Shown in pieces: positions 28,956-38,684 of a DNA stretch of 64,000 nucleotides. Both the position numbers and the translations under genes were made by a program. The notes below the pieces were generated by a model. That model was not told the origin of the DNA and made no database searches. It was given only the letters and a program-made list of their open reading frames with translations. The DNA comes from Candidatus Gottesmanbacteria bacterium (GTDB lineage Bacteria; Patescibacteriota; Microgenomatia; UBA10105; UBA927), in assembly GCA_963701185.1 (NCBI GenBank), contig OY969569.1, positions 318,268 to 382,267 on the forward strand. Direction: 5' to 3'. How positions within the stretch are numbered: position 1 is the stretch's first letter; each line of letters begins with the position of its first letter.

Positions 28956-29577
28956 GATCGAAGTTATTGGCTCCTGGATTATACACTTTATTTCTACCTT
29001 GGGATATTTCGGCGTTTTCATTCTGATGACTCTTGAGTCTGCGCTTATTCCCATTCCGTCAGAGGTGACGATGCCGTTTTCCGGATCGCTCATCGCATCC
29101 GGCCAGTTTAATTTCTGGGTACTCGTCATTGTGGGAACTGTAGGAAACCTCGTCGGATCACTGCTGGCGTATTGGCTGGGCGCATGGGGACAGGAGGCGG
29201 TCGTGCGAAAAGTCATCGTCAAATACGGAAAATATATTCTTGTCTCTGAACACGAATATGACCGGTCGGAGACGTGGTTTCGAAATCACGGAGAATTAAT
29301 GGTGTTCGCGTCACGGGTACTGCCTGTTCTGCGGACCTTTATTTCGCTTCCTGCGGGAGTTGCCAAAATGAATCTTCCGAGATTTATTATCTATACGACG
29401 GTCGGGTCCTTTATTTGGTCATTTATATTGACAAAAATCGGAGTGACGCTTGGCGCCAACTGGCAATCACTGGAAGGATATTTCAGAAAATTTGATGTCG
29501 TGATTGTCGTTTTCTGCGTGGGTGTTGTTGCGTGGTATATCTGGCACAAACTCAAGAAAGTCAAACGAATTTCCTAA
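28954..29577 (+). CDS. dedA: DedA family membrane protein
   Basis: LESALIPIPSEVTMPFSG and RVLPVLRTFISLPAG motifs. Confidence 0.92.
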   Translation: MIEVIGSWIIHFISTLGYFGVFILMTLESALIPIPSEVTMPFSGSLIASGQFNFWVLVIVGTVGNLVGSLLAYWLGAWGQEAVVRKVIVKYGKYILVSEHEYDRSETWFRNHGELMVFASRVLPVLRTFISLPAGVAKMNLPRFIIYTTVGSFIWSFILTKIGVTLGANWQSLEGYFRKFDVVIVVFCVGVVAWYIWHKLKKVKRIS

Positions 29578-30184
29578 TGAGTCCGACAACTTTCCCCTGA
29601 ATTTTGACGTGCGTGGTGAATATCGGGGACATGGTGGCATTTGCCGGCATGAGCTTGATCCGCTCTTTTTCAAAATAAATGCGCTTGAGGGTGGCGAATC
29701 CGTTGGGCAGAAGCGCAACCACGATATCGCCGTTTTGCGCATCCTGCTGATGTTGGACGACCACAAAATCACCATCCATAATGCCGTCATCAATCATGGA
29801 TGTCCCCTTTACCTGCAATACATAGCTGGGTTTTGCGCCCGAGACCATATTGGGGGCCACGGAAATGTAATAATTCGGGTCTGTATAGGGCTCAAGCGGG
29901 CTCCCTGCGGCGATAAATCCGAGAACGGGGAGTTCGATTGCCGATTTTCCGGTTGCGGCCCGGGCATACGATTCCACTATTTCAAGCCCGCGCGCCGTAC
30001 CATCCAATTTCCGGATAAATCCTTTCTGGCGAAGTTTGTCCACGTGTTCATGGACAGTGGCCGGCGAGCCCATACCGAGCGCGTCACCGATCTCCTTCAG
30101 CGTGGGCGCATAGCCGTACCGCTGGATAAATTGCGCAATAAACTCGAGAAGTTGTCGTTCTCTGTTGTATAATGTAGCGGGCAT
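29561..30184 (-). CDS. lexA: SOS repressor LexA
   Basis: wHTH PTLKEI, IAAG cleavage site, GTSM catalytic Ser, TLKR catalytic Lys. Confidence 0.95.
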   Translation of the reverse strand: MPATLYNRERQLLEFIAQFIQRYGYAPTLKEIGDALGMGSPATVHEHVDKLRQKGFIRKLDGTARGLEIVESYARAATGKSAIELPVLGFIAAGSPLEPYTDPNYYISVAPNMVSGAKPSYVLQVKGTSMIDDGIMDGDFVVVQHQQDAQNGDIVVALLPNGFATLKRIYFEKERIKLMPANATMSPIFTTHVKIQGKVVGLIRKFV

Positions 30185-30190
30185 ATAGTT

Positions 30191-30219
30191 AGTATTCCAA
30201 AATTTACCCGAAATGTCAA
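30191..30219 (-). promoter_or_regulatory. lexA promoter with candidate LexA box in the spacer (also directly upstream of uvrB)
   Basis: Minus strand TTGACA-TTTCGGGTAAATTTTGG(17)-AATACT, then ATG after 6 nt. Confidence 0.65.
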
Positions 30220-30222
30220 GAT

Positions 30223-32199
30223 ATGAAATTTACCCTGCATAGTGATTTTAAGCCGACAGGAGATCAGCCGGAGGCAATTGCCGCGCTTATCAAAAATCTG
30301 GAGAATAAAAAAGCCGAACAGGTGCTTCTGGGCGTAACGGGATCCGGAAAAACGTTTACCCTGGCAAACGTTATTGCAAAAGTGCAGAAACCCACGCTTA
30401 TCATTTCCCACAACAAGACGCTTGCGGCCCAGCTGTATCAGGAATTCCGCGATTTTTTCCCGAAAAACGCCGTCTCGTATTTCGTTTCGTATTACGATTA
30501 TTACCAGCCGGAGGCCTACATTCCGACAACGGACACCTATATTGAAAAAGAAACGGAGATCAACGAAGAAATCGATAAATTGCGGCTTGCGGCAACCACG
30601 AATATCCTCACGAGAAAAGATACCATCATCGTTGCCTCCGTTTCCTGCATCTACAACATCGGCTCGCCCAAGGAATACGGAAATTTTGTTCTGGAGCTCG
30701 CGCCCGGCATGAAAGTCGCCCGCAAAAGTATTTTTGACCGCCTGGTACAACTCCAGTATGAAAGAAACGACTACGGCTTCCATCGGAGCACATTCCGCGT
30801 ACGGGGAGACACGATAGATATTTTCCCTGCATACGAGGATACGGCGATACGGTTAATTTATACGTCAGATCAATTAAACCAAATTATAAAATTAGACCCG
30901 CTCACAGGTAAAACGATAGAGGTTCTCCCCGGCACCGTTATTTATCCTGCCAAACATTACATGACCAATCCCGCCTCCTATAAAAGCGTGTTTAAGCAAA
31001 TTGAGGCGGACATGCGGGCACAGGTTAAAAAATTCAAGTCCGAAGGAAAACTGATTGAGGCGCAGCGCATCGAGCAGAAAGTCACCTATGACCTCGAGAT
31101 GATCAATGAAATGGGGTACGTCAACGGCATCGAAAACTATTCCCGTTACTTTGACGGAAGACAGCCCGGCCAGCCGCCGTATTCTCTTATGGATTATTTT
31201 AAAGAAGCGGCCGGCGACGACTGGCTCCTGTGTATCGACGAGTCGCATATGACGGTTCCGCAGGTCCGCGGCATGTATAACGGCGACCGCACGCGCAAAC
31301 AGACGCTGATTGATTACGGATTCAGGCTTCCGGCGGCCCTGGATAACCGGCCGCTGCGATTTGATGAGTTTATGCGAAACATCCCCCAGACCATTTATGT
31401 CTCCGCCACCCCTGCCGACTGGGAAATGGATCGCGTTAAACGCGACGGGCTCGTAGAACAGCTCGTGAGGCCGACCGGATTATTGGATCCTATCGTCTCC
31501 GTGCGTCCTGTTTCGGGTCAAATTGATGATTTGTTTAAGGAAATTACGGTGCGGGTTGCAAGAAAAGAACGTGTGCTTGTTACCACGCTTACCAAACAGA
31601 TGGCAGAGGATTTATCTGAATTTTTAGCCGCGCGCGATATTAACGTTCACTATCTGCATTCAGAAGTTCTTACGCTGGACCGGTCAGATATTTTGGATGA
31701 CTTACGCAGCGGCAAATACGATGTCATCGTCGGTGTCAATCTGCTTCGAGAAGGGTTAGATCTCCCTGAAGTATCTCTTGTTGCCATTTTGGATGCCGAT
31801 AAAGAGGGATTTCTGCGGAGCAGAACAAGCCTCGTTCAGACGATGGGCAGGGCAGCCCGTCACGTCTCGGGTGAAGTTATTTTATACGCCGATACGATTA
31901 CGGATTCCATTGCCGCCGCCCTGGATGAAGTGAGACGCCGCCGCCAAGCGCAGGAAATCTACAATAAAAAACACGGCATTATGCCGGAAAGTATTCATAA
32001 GCCGATCCGGAACCGGTTAGTTGAAAAAAAGGAAGAACAGATAGAATTGTTGCCCGTCGAATCCATGACGCCGCTGGATAAAAAGAAATACATCGCACGC
32101 CTTACGAAAGAAATGCGCCAGGCGTCGCGTGATTTAAACTTCGAGCTGGCAGCCCAACTGCGGGACCATATCGGCACCCTACAAGGAGAGTCCTCGTAG
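30223..32199 (+). CDS. uvrB: Excinuclease ABC subunit B
   Basis: GVTGSGKT, YYDYYQPEAY, DESH, GFRLP and NLLREGLD motifs; C-terminal UVR helix. Confidence 0.97.
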   Translation: MKFTLHSDFKPTGDQPEAIAALIKNLENKKAEQVLLGVTGSGKTFTLANVIAKVQKPTLIISHNKTLAAQLYQEFRDFFPKNAVSYFVSYYDYYQPEAYIPTTDTYIEKETEINEEIDKLRLAATTNILTRKDTIIVASVSCIYNIGSPKEYGNFVLELAPGMKVARKSIFDRLVQLQYERNDYGFHRSTFRVRGDTIDIFPAYEDTAIRLIYTSDQLNQIIKLDPLTGKTIEVLPGTVIYPAKHYMTNPASYKSVFKQIEADMRAQVKKFKSEGKLIEAQRIEQKVTYDLEMINEMGYVNGIENYSRYFDGRQPGQPPYSLMDYFKEAAGDDWLLCIDESHMTVPQVRGMYNGDRTRKQTLIDYGFRLPAALDNRPLRFDEFMRNIPQTIYVSATPADWEMDRVKRDGLVEQLVRPTGLLDPIVSVRPVSGQIDDLFKEITVRVARKERVLVTTLTKQMAEDLSEFLAARDINVHYLHSEVLTLDRSDILDDLRSGKYDVIVGVNLLREGLDLPEVSLVAILDADKEGFLRSRTSLVQTMGRAARHVSGEVILYADTITDSIAAALDEVRRRRQAQEIYNKKHGIMPESIHKPIRNRLVEKKEEQIELLPVESMTPLDKKKYIARLTKEMRQASRDLNFELAAQLRDHIGTLQGESS

Positions 32200-32200
32200 G
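32178..32200. repeat. REP-like palindrome supplying the uvrB C-terminus and stop codon
   Basis: CCTACAAGGA-GAG-TCCTCGTAGG; encodes LQGESS-TAG. Confidence 0.88.
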
Positions 32201-32262
32201 GTACTCGACTATCGTGTATAATACCAAAGCCCCGGGAACATCCGAGGGCGGTTTGGGGTTGT

Positions 32263-35175
32263 ATGGATACAATAATCATCAAAGGTGCGCGGCAGCATAA
32301 TTTAAAAAATATTAATCTTGAGCTTCCGAAGAATAAGCTCATCGTATTCACCGGCTTATCAGGATCCGGAAAGTCTTCTTTGGCTTTTGACACGATTTAT
32401 GCGGAAGGGCAGCGGAGATATGTTGAATCGTTAAGTTCGTACGCCCGGCAGTTTTTGGGCATCATGGACAAGCCCGATGTAGACAGCATCCAGGGGCTTT
32501 CCCCATCAATATCTATTGACCAGAAATCCGCATCGCACAACCCACGCTCCACCGTCGGCACAGTAACGGAAATATACGATTATCTGCGCCTCCTTTTTGC
32601 ACGCATCGGGCACCCTCACTGTCCCATCTGCGGCAGGGAAATAAGCAAACAGAGCAGCCAGCAGATCGTCGACCAGATTCTTGCGTGTGTACATAAATAT
32701 ACCGGGAAATATTACCGGTTTATGATATTTTCTCCCGTTGTCCGCGACCGGAAAGGGGAATTCCGCGGATTATTTGAAAATCTTCAGGCCAAAGGATACA
32801 GAGAAGTGCGCGTTGACCGCCATTTCTTCAGTTTAGACGAGGATCTCGTACTCATTAAAACCAATAAACATTCGATCGACGCCGTCATAGACAAAATTAG
32901 TTTAGACCATAAAACGGTAAAAGCTCCCGAACTTCGTTCCCGCATCACGGACGCGGTTGATCAGGCATTGGCGCTTTCAGAAGGCGTTGTCGTTATCGGA
33001 GAAATAGGAGACACGGGATTTGCGATTCCCGAGAAGCCCAAAAAAGTGCACGATCATATCTATTCGGAAAAATTTTCGTGTCCTGTCGATAATATCTCGC
33101 TTGCCGAAGTGGAACCGAGATCATTTTCATTCAATTCGCCGCAGGGAGCCTGTCCGACCTGCAGCGGCATCGGTACGATTCTGACTGTTGATCCGGACCT
33201 CGTTATCCGCCCGGAACTTTCCATCACTGAGGGCGGTATCCTCCCGTTCGCACGAATGTTTTTCCATGACACCTGGTTTTCCCGTGTAGTCTCTACGGTT
33301 GCCCAGCGTTCCGGCATAAACCCGCATGCGCCGCTCAAACATATGACCGCCAAACAAAAGGATGTGCTCCTTCACGGCACAGACAACACCAGGTACCGCG
33401 TCGTCGGGAAAAACCGCTTTGGAGACACGACCACAATTGAAGAGACATATCCCGGGATTATCGCGGAACTCAAACGCAGATACCTCGAATCCGAATCTGA
33501 TTTCGTACGCGCGGAAATTGAAAAATATATGCGCGAGGAAGTCTGCGCCACCTGTGCGGGGAGACGTCTTAAAAACGAATCCCTCACTGTCACGATCGAT
33601 AAATTTTCCATTGCTGATGTTACGGAACTCTCGATATCGGATTGTCTTGACTGGATAAGTACGCTCTTAACCAAAACATTGAGCGACACAGAAAAAACGA
33701 TTGCTGCACCTGTGGTCAAAGAAATCAAAGCCCGTCTCACGTTCCTGAACGCTGTGGGGCTTACCTACCTTACGCTCGGACGGGCGGCAATGACGCTGTC
33801 GGGGGGCGAGGCCCAAAGAATCCGTCTTGCATCCCAAATCGGATCGGGATTGTCGGGAGTCCTGTATGTACTCGACGAACCGTCTATCGGACTGCACCAG
33901 AAAGACAATTACGCACTCATCCAGACACTCAAGATGCTGCGGGATCTTGGCAATACCGTCATCGTGGTCGAGCATGACCGCGAAACCATGGAGGAAGCGG
34001 ACCACATCGTCGATTTCGGCCCGGGCGCAGGAGAACACGGAGGCGCCGTGGTTGCCCAGGGAACAGTAGATACTATTAAACAAACACGATCTTCTATTAC
34101 CGGACAGTTTTTGATCGGCAAACGGACAATTTCCCGCCCGCACCAGCCTCAAAGACTGTCTTTGATAAAGACAGTCTTTGAACAGCTCACGGTTGTACAG
34201 GCTTCACAAAACAATCTGAAACAGATTGACGTTTCGTTTCCGTTAGGTAAATTTATCTGCGTGACCGGCGTTTCGGGGTCGGGCAAATCAACGCTGGTTG
34301 TGGAAACCCTGTATCGGGCACTCCTCACCCACTTTTATCCGTTTACAAAAGAAAAACCGGGCAAACATACGGAAATGAAAGGATTGGAACATATTGATAA
34401 AGTCATCCTCATCGACCAGTCTCCGATCGGTCGGACTCCGCGCAGTAATGCCGCTACCTATACGGGCATTTTCTCCGTCATCCGTGATATTTTTGCCCAA
34501 ACCTCCGAATCGCGGCTGCGTGGATATAAAACGGGCAGGTTTTCTTTCAATGTAAAAGGCGGCCGGTGTGAGACCTGCGAAGGGGAAGGCCAGAAAAAAA
34601 TTGAAATGCAGTTTCTATCGGACATTTATGTAACCTGCGAAGTGTGTCAGGGTAAACGATATAACGCGGAAACACTTGAGATCGTCTATCACGGAAAAAA
34701 TATTGCGCAGGTTCTGGATATGACGGTTGAGGAAGCGCGTACGTTTTTTGCCCATTACCCGTCACTGTCGGATAAACTAAAAACTATTTTTGATGTCGGC
34801 CTCGGGTACGTCCATCTGGGACAACCCGCCCCCACCCTGTCCGGGGGCGAAGCCCAGCGCGTGAAACTTGCAACGGAATTGTCCAGGCGCGCCACCGGCA
34901 GAACCGTGTATATTCTGGACGAACCCACAACGGGGTTACATTTTGCGGATCTGGAAAAATTACTCTTAGTCCTACACCGGCTCACGGAGATGGGCAATAC
35001 CGTGATTGTTATCGAACACAATCTCGACATGGTGAAAAATGCGGATTGGATTATCGATTTGGGACCCGACGGCGGAGATCGCGGGGGAGAGATTATTGCT
35101 GAGGGTCCGCCCGCGGATATTGTGAAAAGCAAAAAATCGTATACGGGACAATTCCTCAAGAACTTAGTAGAATAA
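32263..35175 (+). CDS. uvrA: Excinuclease ABC subunit A
   Basis: Two ABC ATPase modules ([26 protein letters not shown] twice) and Zn fingers. Confidence 0.97.
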   Translation: MDTIIIKGARQHNLKNINLELPKNKLIVFTGLSGSGKSSLAFDTIYAEGQRRYVESLSSYARQFLGIMDKPDVDSIQGLSPSISIDQKSASHNPRSTVGTVTEIYDYLRLLFARIGHPHCPICGREISKQSSQQIVDQILACVHKYTGKYYRFMIFSPVVRDRKGEFRGLFENLQAKGYREVRVDRHFFSLDEDLVLIKTNKHSIDAVIDKISLDHKTVKAPELRSRITDAVDQALALSEGVVVIGEIGDTGFAIPEKPKKVHDHIYSEKFSCPVDNISLAEVEPRSFSFNSPQGACPTCSGIGTILTVDPDLVIRPELSITEGGILPFARMFFHDTWFSRVVSTVAQRSGINPHAPLKHMTAKQKDVLLHGTDNTRYRVVGKNRFGDTTTIEETYPGIIAELKRRYLESESDFVRAEIEKYMREEVCATCAGRRLKNESLTVTIDKFSIADVTELSISDCLDWISTLLTKTLSDTEKTIAAPVVKEIKARLTFLNAVGLTYLTLGRAAMTLSGGEAQRIRLASQIGSGLSGVLYVLDEPSIGLHQKDNYALIQTLKMLRDLGNTVIVVEHDRETMEEADHIVDFGPGAGEHGGAVVAQGTVDTIKQTRSSITGQFLIGKRTISRPHQPQRLSLIKTVFEQLTVVQASQNNLKQIDVSFPLGKFICVTGVSGSGKSTLVVETLYRALLTHFYPFTKEKPGKHTEMKGLEHIDKVILIDQSPIGRTPRSNAATYTGIFSVIRDIFAQTSESRLRGYKTGRFSFNVKGGRCETCEGEGQKKIEMQFLSDIYVTCEVCQGKRYNAETLEIVYHGKNIAQVLDMTVEEARTFFAHYPSLSDKLKTIFDVGLGYVHLGQPAPTLSGGEAQRVKLATELSRRATGRTVYILDEPTTGLHFADLEKLLLVLHRLTEMGNTVIVIEHNLDMVKNADWIIDLGPDGGDRGGEIIAEGPPADIVKSKKSYTGQFLKNLVE

Positions 35176-35179
35176 ATTG

Positions 35180-36979
35180 ATGAGAAAGATTTGGCTTTTG
35201 TTCATCTATTTTTTCTTTGCAACTCCAATCTTCGCAAGCGGGGAATTTCAGGCCGATTACAACGTACAATATGCAATCGCCCCGTCAGGCACCACCATCG
35301 TCACGCAGAATATCACCCTTACCAACAAACAGACCAACCTGTATCCGCAAAAATATTCGATCGTGATCGACAGCACAAACATAAAAAATGTCATCGCGTA
35401 CGACAGCAGCCAGATCGTGCCGGCCGATATTGCGCAAAAAGACGGCAAAACGGAAATTCTTCTTACGTTCAACGACAAGGTAGTCGGACTGGACAAACAA
35501 CTCTCGTTTACGCTTCGGTTTGAAAACGGTGATATTGCCCGGAAAAACGGCAGCATCTGGGAGGTTAACGTCCCGGGAATCGCCCCTGATGCTGATATCG
35601 CAAGCTATTTTGTATCGCTTTCTGTTCCGCAATCGTTCGGTCCGAACGCCTATATGACCCCGCTGCCGGCTGCGGGGGGGCGGTGGAACCGCCAGCAAAT
35701 GATGACCGGAGGGGTCAGTGCCGCTTATGGAACCAGTCAAACATTTGATATTCACCTGTCCTATTATTTGGAGAACCCGCGGATGACCCCGGAGCATGCT
35801 GAAATCGCTCTTCCGCCGGATACGGCCTATCAGACAGTGATCATTGAATCGCTTGACCCTAAACCCACAACCGTCACCCGCGACGCGGACGGAAATTGGC
35901 TCGCTCAGTATTCCTTGTTGCCGGGCGCGAAACTTTCCATAGAAGCATCGCTTCATATTGCCGTACTCCTGGATCCCAAGGACGGATATACCGATGAGGT
36001 TCCGGATCAGACACTCTACACCTCCACGCAAAAATACTGGGAGGCAAATAACCCCCAGATCCAGGAACTCGCGAAAAAATATACCACGCCGCGGGCCATC
36101 TATACGTATGTATCTCAAACGCTGGGCTATGACTATACGCGTGTTTCCCAGACACCCATAAGGAAAGGCGCCGTATTAAGCCTCGCGACACCGGAAAATT
36201 CCATCTGCATGGAATTTACCGATTTATTCATCGCGATTGCGCGGGCGGCAGGCATTCCCGCACGAGAGGCCGTGGGGTACGCCTACACCACAAACAGCCG
36301 TCTGCGGCCGTTATCGCTCGTTGCTGACGTATTGCACGCATGGCCTGAATATTATGACGGCGCACGGAAGCTGTGGGTGCCGGTTGACCCGACGTGGGCC
36401 AATACGACCGGCGGAGTCAATTATTTCGACAAGCTGGATTTTAACCATATCGTGTTTGCCATATACGGGAAATCAAGTGATTATCCGTATCCCGCAGGCT
36501 TCTACCGCAAAAACGGTAAAACAACGAAAGACGTCGCGGTTGTATTTGCCACAAGCCGATTCACCCAGCCCGTAAGCAAACTGAATACAGCAATCTCATT
36601 CCCGAAACTCGTGACGGCCGGCCTAAACTCACGCGGAGAAGTCACCGTGAAAAACACAACCGGAGCTGCCGTATCCCAGGTTTCCGTTGCCATACAATCA
36701 ACGCCTATCGATGTCGCAGTAGCAAAAACCGCAATGAATGTACCGCCGTTTTCTACTTTAACGTATCCCATTGTCATCGCCATTCCGAATTATTTTACAT
36801 CCGGAACCGGCAGGATCGTGACCAACGTAAACGGGCAGATACAACAGTATGTATTTACCATTCAGCCGATCACGGCATATTTCATCATTCCCATTCTTAG
36901 CTTTAGTGCTATACTAATCATTCTTCTTGTTCTGACACTACGAAGATCTCATATATGGAAACACCGCAAGAAACGTTAA
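35180..36979 (+). CDS. Secreted, membrane-anchored transglutaminase-like domain protein
   Basis: Signal peptide; Cys-His-Asp triad in ICMEFTDLF, HAWPEYY and VDPTW; C-terminal TM helix. Confidence 0.85.
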   Translation: MRKIWLLFIYFFFATPIFASGEFQADYNVQYAIAPSGTTIVTQNITLTNKQTNLYPQKYSIVIDSTNIKNVIAYDSSQIVPADIAQKDGKTEILLTFNDKVVGLDKQLSFTLRFENGDIARKNGSIWEVNVPGIAPDADIASYFVSLSVPQSFGPNAYMTPLPAAGGRWNRQQMMTGGVSAAYGTSQTFDIHLSYYLENPRMTPEHAEIALPPDTAYQTVIIESLDPKPTTVTRDADGNWLAQYSLLPGAKLSIEASLHIAVLLDPKDGYTDEVPDQTLYTSTQKYWEANNPQIQELAKKYTTPRAIYTYVSQTLGYDYTRVSQTPIRKGAVLSLATPENSICMEFTDLFIAIARAAGIPAREAVGYAYTTNSRLRPLSLVADVLHAWPEYYDGARKLWVPVDPTWANTTGGVNYFDKLDFNHIVFAIYGKSSDYPYPAGFYRKNGKTTKDVAVVFATSRFTQPVSKLNTAISFPKLVTAGLNSRGEVTVKNTTGAAVSQVSVAIQSTPIDVAVAKTAMNVPPFSTLTYPIVIAIPNYFTSGTGRIVTNVNGQIQQYVFTIQPITAYFIIPILSFSAILIILLVLTLRRSHIWKHRKKR

Positions 36980-38196
36980 AAAAACTTCCACACGCCCCCG
37001 GCGTGTATCTCTACCGTGACCATAGCGGTACCATTCTCTACATCGGCAAAGCAAAAGACCTCAAAAAACGCATCTCCACAAGCGAGAAAACGAAACTTCT
37101 TATCTCTCAAATTTCCACCATTGAAACAATACGAACGGCGAGTGAATTTGATGCATTGCTGTTGGAGGCCAAACTTATCCATGACAACGCACCGAAATAT
37201 AATGTTGTACTTAAAGACGATAAAAGCCCGCTGTATATCCTCCTTACCATCTCGGAACCGCTCCCTCATGTCTACACGATGCGCAGAAGCGATTTGCCCA
37301 AACGTATTGACCGCCGGGACGCGCTGTTTGGACCATTCCAATCTGCAACTATGGTCCGTTCTATTTTAGGGCAACTCCGACATACTATCCCATTCTGTAC
37401 ACAAAAAAGACGGACGGGTAAACCTTGCTTTTATTCGCATATCGGGTTATGTAATCCCTGTCCGTCCGCTGCCGGCACGGATAAAGCTGCGTATCGTAGA
37501 AATATCTTCCGGTTAAAAAATATTCTGTCAGGCAAATCGGATGCTGTTATCCGCGATTTAGAAAAGGATATGGAGACGGACGCCCGCCAAAAAAGATTTG
37601 AAGACGCAGCCCTTCTTCGAAATCACTTACAAAATCTTCACAGTATGCTTTCCAAAAAGTATGACCCGATGGTGTATATGAATGCGACCTCGGCGGTCAA
37701 AGATATTTATGCAAACGAGCTTTCGGCTCTTGGCACAATCCTTGGCATTCCCGTCCCCCGCCGGATTGAATGTATCGACATCTCAAATACGGGAGGTATG
37801 CAGGCAACAGGATCATTAGTCGTTCTTACCGACGGGAGGCCGGACAGCAGTCAATATCGAAGATTCCGCATCCGACGGGAAAATACCCCGAATGATACCG
37901 CCATGATTGCAGAGGTTGTGGCGAGACGATTTTCCCATTCCGAGTGGCCGAAACCTGACTTGCTCGTTATTGATGGGGGAAAGGGACAAGTTCGTGCGGC
38001 GCAAAATGCGCCGGTCCCGGTCATCGGTTTAGCCAAGCACTTTGAATCGATCATTGTACCGCAGGGCCGAGATTTTAAAGTTATCAGGGTTCCGTACACC
38101 AGCGCCGCACTGCATGTGCTGGAGCGCATCCGTGACGAAGCCCACCGCTTTGCCGTCACCTACCACCGCCTCCTCAGAAAAAAATCCTTTTTATAA
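36955..38196 (+). CDS. uvrC: Excinuclease ABC subunit C (no C-terminal HhH domain)
   Basis: GVY..LYIGKAKDL, PKYN, ECIDIS, IDGGKGQ and RDEAHRFA motifs. Confidence 0.92.
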   Translation: METPQETLKKLPHAPGVYLYRDHSGTILYIGKAKDLKKRISTSEKTKLLISQISTIETIRTASEFDALLLEAKLIHDNAPKYNVVLKDDKSPLYILLTISEPLPHVYTMRRSDLPKRIDRRDALFGPFQSATMVRSILGQLRHTIPFCTQKRRTGKPCFYSHIGLCNPCPSAAGTDKAAYRRNIFRLKNILSGKSDAVIRDLEKDMETDARQKRFEDAALLRNHLQNLHSMLSKKYDPMVYMNATSAVKDIYANELSALGTILGIPVPRRIECIDISNTGGMQATGSLVVLTDGRPDSSQYRRFRIRRENTPNDTAMIAEVVARRFSHSEWPKPDLLVIDGGKGQVRAAQNAPVPVIGLAKHFESIIVPQGRDFKVIRVPYTSAALHVLERIRDEAHRFAVTYHRLLRKKSFL

Positions 38197-38197
38197 A

Positions 38198-38220
38198 CCT
38201 ACGAGGACTCTCCTTGTAGG
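38198..38220. repeat. REP-like palindrome 1 nt after the uvrC stop
   Basis: CCTACGAGGA-CTC-TCCTTGTAGG; exact reverse complement of the 32178 copy. Confidence 0.88.
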
Positions 38221-38274
38221 CTTCGTAGGCACTAACGTTGACCATACTCATTTGTTTTGTTACCATTGAGGCTG

Positions 38275-38679
38275 ATGAAGCACATCATCCGGGTGTTCCT
38301 CTTTAACGTATTTGCCCTTTGGCTTTCGAGCCAGATTCTTCCCACTCTCTACATCCCGCCGGGTTGGCAGACGGTCATCTTTGCAGGAGTAACCCTGTCA
38401 ATTCTTATGCTTATCGTCAAACCCATTTTAAAAATTCTCTTCATTCCTATCAATATTCTCACCTTCGGACTGTTAAATTGGGTCATCAATGTCATTGTCA
38501 TCTATCTCCTCACCGTCTTTGTCCCGGAAATCGCGATCCGACTTTGGATATTTCCGGGAGCCACATGGGCAGGATTTGTCATACCGTCTATCCATTTTAC
38601 CTATGTCACCGCTCTCATCGCCTCCAGCCTTCTTATCACGATCATCACTGATGTGCTACACTACGTCAGCGAAGACTAA
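38275..38679 (+). CDS. YvlD-like 4-TM membrane protein ('phage holin family')
   Basis: IVKPILKILFIPINILTFGL motif; adjacent to uvrC and yvcK. Confidence 0.8.
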   Translation: MKHIIRVFLFNVFALWLSSQILPTLYIPPGWQTVIFAGVTLSILMLIVKPILKILFIPINILTFGLLNWVINVIVIYLLTVFVPEIAIRLWIFPGATWAGFVIPSIHFTYVTALIASSLLITIITDVLHYVSED

Positions 38680-38684
38680 ACACC

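Noticed and set aside
32225-32250. LexA box upstream of uvrA (CTCGGATGTTCCCGG on the minus strand)
   Set aside because: Poor match to TTTCGG-N5-TTWTGG and wrong periodicity.
14747-38220. The REP palindrome as the LexA box, because it lies near repair genes
   Set aside because: Copies sit inside genes or at 3' ends rather than in SOS promoters, and they cluster on RAYT. A better candidate occurs in the lexA and dinB promoters.
38275-38679. Holin indicating a prophage
   Set aside because: It is a YvlD-type chromosomal membrane protein in housekeeping context, with no endolysin or virion genes.
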